Positions 29,378 through 34,753 of a stretch of DNA of 34,753 nucleotides are shown here, piece after piece. The position numbers and the translations under genes were made by a program. The stretch is from Clostridiaceae bacterium. GTDB lineage: Bacteria; Bacillota; Clostridia; CAYPLH01; DUMO01. How positions within the stretch are numbered: position 1 is the stretch's first letter; each line of letters starts with the position of its first letter. Under the pieces are notes generated by a model. It made no database searches. It was not told where the DNA came from and was given only the letters and a program-made list of their open reading frames with translations. The stretch is taken from contig DUMO01000047.1 of the NCBI GenBank assembly GCA_012839865.1, positions 1-34,753 on the forward strand. Reading direction: 5' to 3'.

Positions 29378-29433
29378 TTGCTCTTTGCTCTTTGGTCTTT
29401 GCTTTCTGCTTTCTGCTTTCCGCTCTCTACTCT
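29378..29433. repeat. Eight degenerate 7-bp tandem repeats
   Basis: TTGCTCT TTGCTCT TTGGTCT TTGCTTT CTGCTTT CTGCTTT CCGCTCT CTACTCT. Confidence 0.85.
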
Positions 29434-29498
29434 TTTCTATTTATCCAATGCTTTTTCCTGTTTCATCTTCCATGCTTCTTCAACCTACCGTGTTTCTA

Positions 29499-30611
29499 CT
29501 ATACACTTAGCTCCGTCTCTAAACATGCTTTGTAAACATTATATGTTTCACTTACAGTTTTTTCAAGATTAAATACATTCTTTACTGCATTGAGGGCATT
29601 CTTTTTTAGCTCCTCCCTTAAAGCATCATCTTCCATAACTTTGTTTATTGCTTCCGCCATCCCCTTTGCATCATTATACTCCACGAGTATTCCGCAATTT
29701 GTTTTATCATTTATAATATCAGCATTGCCGCCCATGTCTGTAGCAATCACCGGAACTCCTGCCGCCAGCACTTCTATAATTGCCATGCTAAGAGCTTCAT
29801 GCCAGGAAGAATTTACATACAGATCCGCCCCGGCATAGAGATTTTTAACGTCTTTTCTAAACCCGGCAAATATTATTTCATTTTCGAGTTTCAAATCCTT
29901 TACCTGCTGTTTGCGGTCCTCCAATAAAGGGCCGTCGTTTGCCAATATCAACACAAACTTCCTTTTGGCAATTTTCTTAAGTTCGTTTATGGAGTTTATC
30001 AAAAATTCATGCCCTTTATCATAAGCAAACCTTGAGCCACAAAGAAGAATGAATGTGTCCCGGGATAAATTGAATTCACTTCTAATACTCGACTCTACAG
30101 GAACACCCCAGAAACTCGGGTCAACTCCGTTAAAAATAACTTTAATCTTGCGCCCGTCATTGCCGTTTTTAATCATCATGTCTTTTCCTTTGTTGCACAC
30201 GGCAATTATCCCAGACTGCAGTTTGGTCAATATTCTATTACAAACCCTAAGTACCATATTATTAGGTAAAATAAAATGATTGGTCCATATCACCCTTGCT
30301 TTGGGATTGAAAATACGTGACAATAGAGCAATATAGTTTTCCCTCAAGTATTGTGTATGTATGATATCTATATCAAGCTTTTTGCACAAAGCGCTCAGCT
30401 TCATAATGGCCGGGATGTCAAAGGGATGACGCATCCCAATTCTGTAAGTCTCCACACCCAGATTTTTAAGGTTGTCCACCAAGAGACCTTTTTCATTGTA
30501 TGCAAAATAAGCCTTGATTTTATTTCCGTCAAGTTTCTCCACCAGTGACTGCAAATATCTTTCTGTTCCTGCTTTGCCGGCATGATTGAGAAGATACAGT
30601 ACTTTTATCAA
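29499..30611 (-). CDS. Glycosyltransferase family 4
   Basis: IKVLYLLNHAGKAGTE, SRFAYDKGH, SSWHEALSMAIIE and TDMGG motifs; TTG at 30611 behind GGAGG. Confidence 0.9.
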   Translation of the reverse strand: MIKVLYLLNHAGKAGTERYLQSLVEKLDGNKIKAYFAYNEKGLLVDNLKNLGVETYRIGMRHPFDIPAIMKLSALCKKLDIDIIHTQYLRENYIALLSRIFNPKARVIWTNHFILPNNMVLRVCNRILTKLQSGIIAVCNKGKDMMIKNGNDGRKIKVIFNGVDPSFWGVPVESSIRSEFNLSRDTFILLCGSRFAYDKGHEFLINSINELKKIAKRKFVLILANDGPLLEDRKQQVKDLKLENEIIFAGFRKDVKNLYAGADLYVNSSWHEALSMAIIEVLAAGVPVIATDMGGNADIINDKTNCGILVEYNDAKGMAEAINKVMEDDALREELKKNALNAVKNVFNLEKTVSETYNVYKACLETELSV

Positions 30612-30639
30612 ATAAACACCTCCAGTGTGGGTACTTTTT

Positions 30640-31206
30640 TCATTCCTTCGCATTACTCTCCGTTTCGCGCTTCCCCGGAGTCTCATTCCTATACTTTATA
30701 ACTCTGGCAGGGTTTCCCCCTACTACAGCATAAGGCGGAACATCCTTTGTCACTACAGCCCCCGCTCCTACAATTGCACCCTTATGAATTGTTATACCGG
30801 GCAGTATAATCACCCTGGCAGCAATCCAAACATCGTCTTCAATTACCACACCCTCTTTAGGCGCGGTCTGAAGCCTCATTGGTATATCCAGCCTGTCATT
30901 CTTATGATTTTGCGTAAATATCATAACATCAGGCCCCATCATTACATCATTTCCTATTTTAAGAGGCCCTGTCACCCGTGCATTAAGCCCAAGTCCCGAA
31001 TTGTCGCCTATTTCGATATCCATCCCTGACGCAAAAAAAACTCCATGTTCAATATTAATATTCCTTCCCGCCTTGCGGAAAATTCTCCTGCACAAAAATC
31101 CCCTTATTTGTTTTGAACCAAAGCTGTAGGGCAAGTCAGAGCCGGGCAGGTGCCGGGCTATAAAATAATATAGAAAAAGACAGATATAATATATTATTTT
31201 TTTCAT
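30640..31206 (-). CDS. Hexapeptide-repeat (left-handed beta-helix) sugar O-acyltransferase
   Basis: [29 protein letters not shown] and [18 protein letters not shown] motifs; ATG at 31206 behind GGAGG. Confidence 0.9.
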   Translation of the reverse strand: MKKIIYYICLFLYYFIARHLPGSDLPYSFGSKQIRGFLCRRIFRKAGRNINIEHGVFFASGMDIEIGDNSGLGLNARVTGPLKIGNDVMMGPDVMIFTQNHKNDRLDIPMRLQTAPKEGVVIEDDVWIAARVIILPGITIHKGAIVGAGAVVTKDVPPYAVVGGNPARVIKYRNETPGKRETESNAKE

Positions 31207-31281
31207 AAAACCTCCGCAATTCACCCTACCTTTTCAAGCCACATGGCAAGTAATCGTGATATTATGGAAACAAGCTATAAT

Positions 31282-32940
31282 TCATTCAACTTTACCAAGC
31301 AATACTCCAACCCTCTTGGCAATATTGCCTGCAATATCCCTTGCTTCTTCAGTTTTCAGAATATAAGCCACACCAAAAAATGCTGCTGCGCCGACAAAAG
31401 AAGGAATAATCAGCTTGGCAGCTTTATCAATTATAGTATACCCAATGCTGATTCCATTAAGTAAAATATTAAATACCACAACCACAATCAGCATTATAAT
31501 ACTGGCAAACACATTTTTAAAGAGCGACTGCAATATCTTGCCTGCTCCAAAGGCTCCAATCCTCTTTCTGATCATGTATAAAATTGACACTGCGCCAATC
31601 AAAATAGAAACCGAATATCCCAAAGGTATTGCATAAACACCTAAAAACGGCTGTAAAGACAAAACTGCAGCAACATTGGCAATCATAATTATCAAACCAT
31701 TATATGCCGGCATGCGGGTGTTGTTCATGGAGTAAAATGCACGGTCAACGACCTCTTTAATGCCTATGCCCAAAATGCCTATTGCATACAGCGCAAGCAT
31801 AATAGCGGCAAAATCCACTTCGTTCCGGGTAATCTTTCCCCATCCGACAAGAAAATCAATAAGCCGGCTCCTGACCGCTACAAATCCGAAAGTTGCAGGT
31901 ATAAGAAAAAAAGATAGAGTTCTTATGATTTTATTAAGGCTTGTTTTAAACTGCTCCATGTTGTTTCTTGCAATCATTATGGTCATTCTTGGAAAAACAA
32001 CTGCAGTTATTGAATACACAAAAGCCAAAACTGAATAAAGAATTAGGTTTTGCACAATAGTTGTTATTGTTACGGCATTTTCATAATTTGCCACCATGGT
32101 GACATTGAAAAACATATTGAACTGGTACGCAGAACTGCCAATAACAACTGGCAGCATGAGCTTAACTGCCTTTTTTATATCATCATCTTTAAAATTAAAA
32201 GAGGGCTTGTATCTATACTCAGTTTTAAACACCGGAGGTATAAGCACCAACCCTTGAAGAGACAACCCAATAAATGTTGCAACCAGCAAGCCCCTTACTC
32301 CATACCGGCCACCAAAAAGCAATACATATCCAATTACGGCAAGGCTGCTTGGAACACTTACAAAGGCAGGCATGTTATATCGCTCAAAAGATTGAAGTAT
32401 CCCTTGCAAAATATAATTTAGCGCATAAAAAATCATTACGGGGAACATTATTCTGAGAGCTTCCACAGTAAATTGATAACCATTGTTTTTAAACTCTGTA
32501 AACCTCGGCAGTATAGGGGCTATTAGCCAGCCAAGCACTGTTAAAATTATTGTAAATGCAATAGAAAGGCTTATAACATTATTGGCAAAAGAAAATGCCT
32601 TATTTTTTTCACCTTTGCCAAGGTATCCCGCAAAAATGGGTATAATAACCGTAGCCAATGCAGTACCGAATGTATTGAAAACAATCAATGGAAATTGTAT
32701 TGCATATGAATAAATGTTTATCTCAAGTGTATTACCGAAATATGTAGTGTATACAAGGCTGCTGACAAGGGACATGGACCTTGATATCAGCATCAGTATC
32801 ATTACAAATCCGACTGCTTTTGCAGTGCTTTTCTTTGGCAGTTCAAACTCCCCCAGTTTGTTTAGTTCGTTTTGTTGTAGTTTCGCAATTCTGCCCTTGA
32901 TGGATGCTTTGCTTTGGCAGACTTCGTATCCAGGCTTCAC
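31282..32940 (-). CDS. murJ: Second MurJ/MviN-family flippase (true start uncertain, possibly 32841)
   Basis: STAKAVGFVMILMLISR, VIIPIF, ALRIMFP and RAFYS motifs; many TM segments. Confidence 0.85.
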   Translation of the reverse strand: MKPGYEVCQSKASIKGRIAKLQQNELNKLGEFELPKKSTAKAVGFVMILMLISRSMSLVSSLVYTTYFGNTLEINIYSYAIQFPLIVFNTFGTALATVIIPIFAGYLGKGEKNKAFSFANNVISLSIAFTIILTVLGWLIAPILPRFTEFKNNGYQFTVEALRIMFPVMIFYALNYILQGILQSFERYNMPAFVSVPSSLAVIGYVLLFGGRYGVRGLLVATFIGLSLQGLVLIPPVFKTEYRYKPSFNFKDDDIKKAVKLMLPVVIGSSAYQFNMFFNVTMVANYENAVTITTIVQNLILYSVLAFVYSITAVVFPRMTIMIARNNMEQFKTSLNKIIRTLSFFLIPATFGFVAVRSRLIDFLVGWGKITRNEVDFAAIMLALYAIGILGIGIKEVVDRAFYSMNNTRMPAYNGLIIMIANVAAVLSLQPFLGVYAIPLGYSVSILIGAVSILYMIRKRIGAFGAGKILQSLFKNVFASIIMLIVVVVFNILLNGISIGYTIIDKAAKLIIPSFVGAAAFFGVAYILKTEEARDIAGNIAKRVGVLLGKVE

Positions 32941-33058
32941 TCTTTTGTTATTTATACTTTGTTATTTTATTTCTTTGCTTTTCCATTTTGACATACTCAT
33001 AAAATTTTTTCGCAGCACATTTCCCCTACGCACTGAATATGTATTTTCCTGCCGCTCC

Positions 33059-33661
33059 TTATGGCGCCCAATATACTCCTTCTTTTATAATTTTCGCTGG
33101 ATTTCCTCCAACCAGTGTACCTGGCGGGACATCCTTTGTTACAACACTCCCTGCAGCTACCACCGCACCTTTGCCAATAGTTACACCTTTTAAAATAATT
33201 GAATTACATCCAATCCAAACATCATCTTCTATGACAACAGGCCTTATCACCTCAGTTTCACTGTTTAGCTTGTGATAATCCCTGTCCATTATACATACAT
33301 CCCACGATATATTGCAGTTTGACCCTATCTTCACACTCTGGCCTGCGTGTATTTCCGTCCTGTCGCCTATATATGTATTATTGCCAATTGAAATCTCTGC
33401 AAATCCTTCCGTTCCCCATGCACTTAGTTTGACATTTCGGTGTAACAGCACCTTGTCTCCAATTTTTATTGCACCGTTCTTTTTCAAAACCCTTACTCCT
33501 CGCTCGGCGCGAAGCCATTTGCCACATTGATTAAAGCGCAATCCGATAAATTTACCTCTGATAAGTTTTATTATTTCTGAAATTATTTCGGATATGCTGC
33601 GTTTTTTAAAAACATTCTGATTAAGCTTATATTGCTCTTTTTGATTTATTTGAGCATTCAA
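33059..33661 (-). CDS. Hexapeptide-repeat sugar O-acyltransferase
   Basis: [27 protein letters not shown] and [18 protein letters not shown] motifs; TTG at 33661 behind GGAGGTGA. Confidence 0.9.
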   Translation of the reverse strand: MNAQINQKEQYKLNQNVFKKRSISEIISEIIKLIRGKFIGLRFNQCGKWLRAERGVRVLKKNGAIKIGDKVLLHRNVKLSAWGTEGFAEISIGNNTYIGDRTEIHAGQSVKIGSNCNISWDVCIMDRDYHKLNSETEVIRPVVIEDDVWIGCNSIILKGVTIGKGAVVAAGSVVTKDVPPGTLVGGNPAKIIKEGVYWAP

Positions 33662-33733
33662 GGAATCACCTCCGACGGATGGAGTATAAAATTTAAGCAA
33701 ATGACCACTTCCAAAATTCATATAGATAATCAT

Positions 33734-33742
33734 ATTATAGCA
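33734..33742 (-). promoter_or_regulatory. Extended -10 element for the minus-strand polysaccharide arm
   Basis: Minus strand TG-C-TATAAT; no convincing -35 at 17 bp. Confidence 0.45.
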
Positions 33743-33877
33743 TTATAATAATTGTGGTTCAATTAAATGAAGGATATGTACATTCAACATGTATTTAAAT
33801 AAGAGTTTTATACTTATTCACATCTCAATGACATTGATATATCTAAACTCGAATCCTGTATGCGTACATTAATTCGT

Positions 33878-34753
33878 ATTTCAACCCACATCCCTCCGTG
33901 GGGGGGCGACTGTGGCTGTTGCTCTTCAAAAATACAATACTACCAATTTCAATCCACGCCCCTGCGTGAGGGGCGACGAATATCATTATAATTTTAACAA
34001 CAAATACCCTATTTCAATCCACGCCCCTGCGTGAGGGGCGACCTCATGCAGCAGATATTAGGCACAAAAGAACAAAATTTCAATCCACGCCCCTGCGTGA
34101 GGGGCGACTCATGTGCCACAGCAAGATACGTCCCCGTCGGGTCATTTCAATCCACGCCCCTGCGTGAGGGGCGACGATTATAAAAGAATCAAAAAATATA
34201 TAATAAAGATTTCAATCCACGCCCCTGCGTGAGGGGCGACACCAGCTTCTATCAACAACTTTTTATGTCGATAATTTCAATCCACGCCCCTGCGTGAGGG
34301 GCGACCGGTGCCTATCTCTCTGCGTATCTGGCTGATGTGATTTCAATCCACGCCCCTGCGTGAGGGGCGACGAAAACCGTTATCAACCGGGCCTGCAAGC
34401 GGTACCTATTTCAATCCACGCCCCTGCGTGAGGGGCGACCATACATTACCGCCAGTTTCAAAGCTAAATCTAATGATTTCAATCCACGCCCCTGCGTGAG
34501 GGGCGACGCAATTGTTACTGGTCAAGTAACTACAAATAAGCCTATTTCAATCCACGCCCCTGCGTGAGGGGCGACGTTGGATGCTGTGGATCCTGAGGTA
34601 ATGGCAAAACTAATTTCAATCCACGCCCCTGCGTGAGGGGCGACACGATAACAAAAGTAAAAGACCCTACTCCAGACCCATTTCAATCCACGCCCCTGCG
34701 TGAGGGGCGACTCATGTGCCACAGCAAGATACGTCCCCGTCGGGTCATTTCAA
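33878..34753 (-). CRISPR. Type I-C-like CRISPR array, trailer end, truncated by the window edge
   Basis: 12 identical 32-bp repeats (minus strand GTCGCCCCTCACGCAGGGGCGTGGATTGAAAT, CGCCCCT/AGGGGCG stem), one degenerate 33-bp terminal repeat at 33878-33910, one partial repeat at 34747; 13 spacers of 33-37 bp. Subtype and orientation are inferred from the GTCGC...GAAAT form and the degenerate end. Confidence 0.97.

Noticed and set aside
344..33530. Dozens of short ORFs antisense or out of frame to the long genes (e.g. 344-622, 6739-7434, 9686-10240, 22156-22554)
   Set aside because: They are shadows of well-supported genes, with no recognisable motifs or RBS.
33778..33800. GTACATTCAACATGTATTTAAAT resembling a clostridial type I-B repeat end
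   Set aside because: Single copy, several bases short, no spacer periodicity; likely chance in AT-rich DNA.
34109..34143. Duplicated spacer resembling the REP-like palindromes (GGGGAC core on the minus strand)
   Set aside because: Only about 6 bp are shared and the spacer lacks the closing inverted arm.
34522..34722. 66-aa ORF inside the array
   Set aside because: It is a translation of repeats and spacers (VAPHAGAWIEI).
33911..34746. Self-targeting spacers within the window
   Set aside because: No match seen by eye; an alignment against the whole genome is needed to exclude it.

Overview
Clostridia-type (Firmicute) chromosomal segment; the taxon is inferred from gene content and promoter/RBS style. 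Left to right: (1) a minus-strand arginine operon, argD-carA-carB-argF plus a GNAT gene, under a sigma-A promoter overlapped by two ARG boxes; (2) a split transketolase and a YitT-type membrane gene; (3) a cell-surface polysaccharide locus in two converging arms (csaB, four GT4s, WecB/TagA, two MurJ flippases, two O-antigen ligase/polymerase-family genes, two hexapeptide acyltransferases, two DUF4330-like genes) that encloses nnr, alr, the ndoAI/ndoA toxin-antitoxin pair and a secreted coiled-coil gene; (4) the trailer end of a type I-C-like CRISPR array running off the right edge, with no cas genes in view. Most notable: CarA has lost both catalytic glutaminase residues (Cys to Gly, His to Tyr) in an intact, ArgR-boxed operon. 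Several degenerate tandem repeats sit at gene ends and in intergenic gaps, including 3 x 52 bp hairpins with compensatory changes and a six-fold iteration of a gene's last 45 bp. One CRISPR spacer is duplicated exactly, and some spacers translate to phage/replicon-like peptides. All family calls come from motif recognition by eye; no searches were run.
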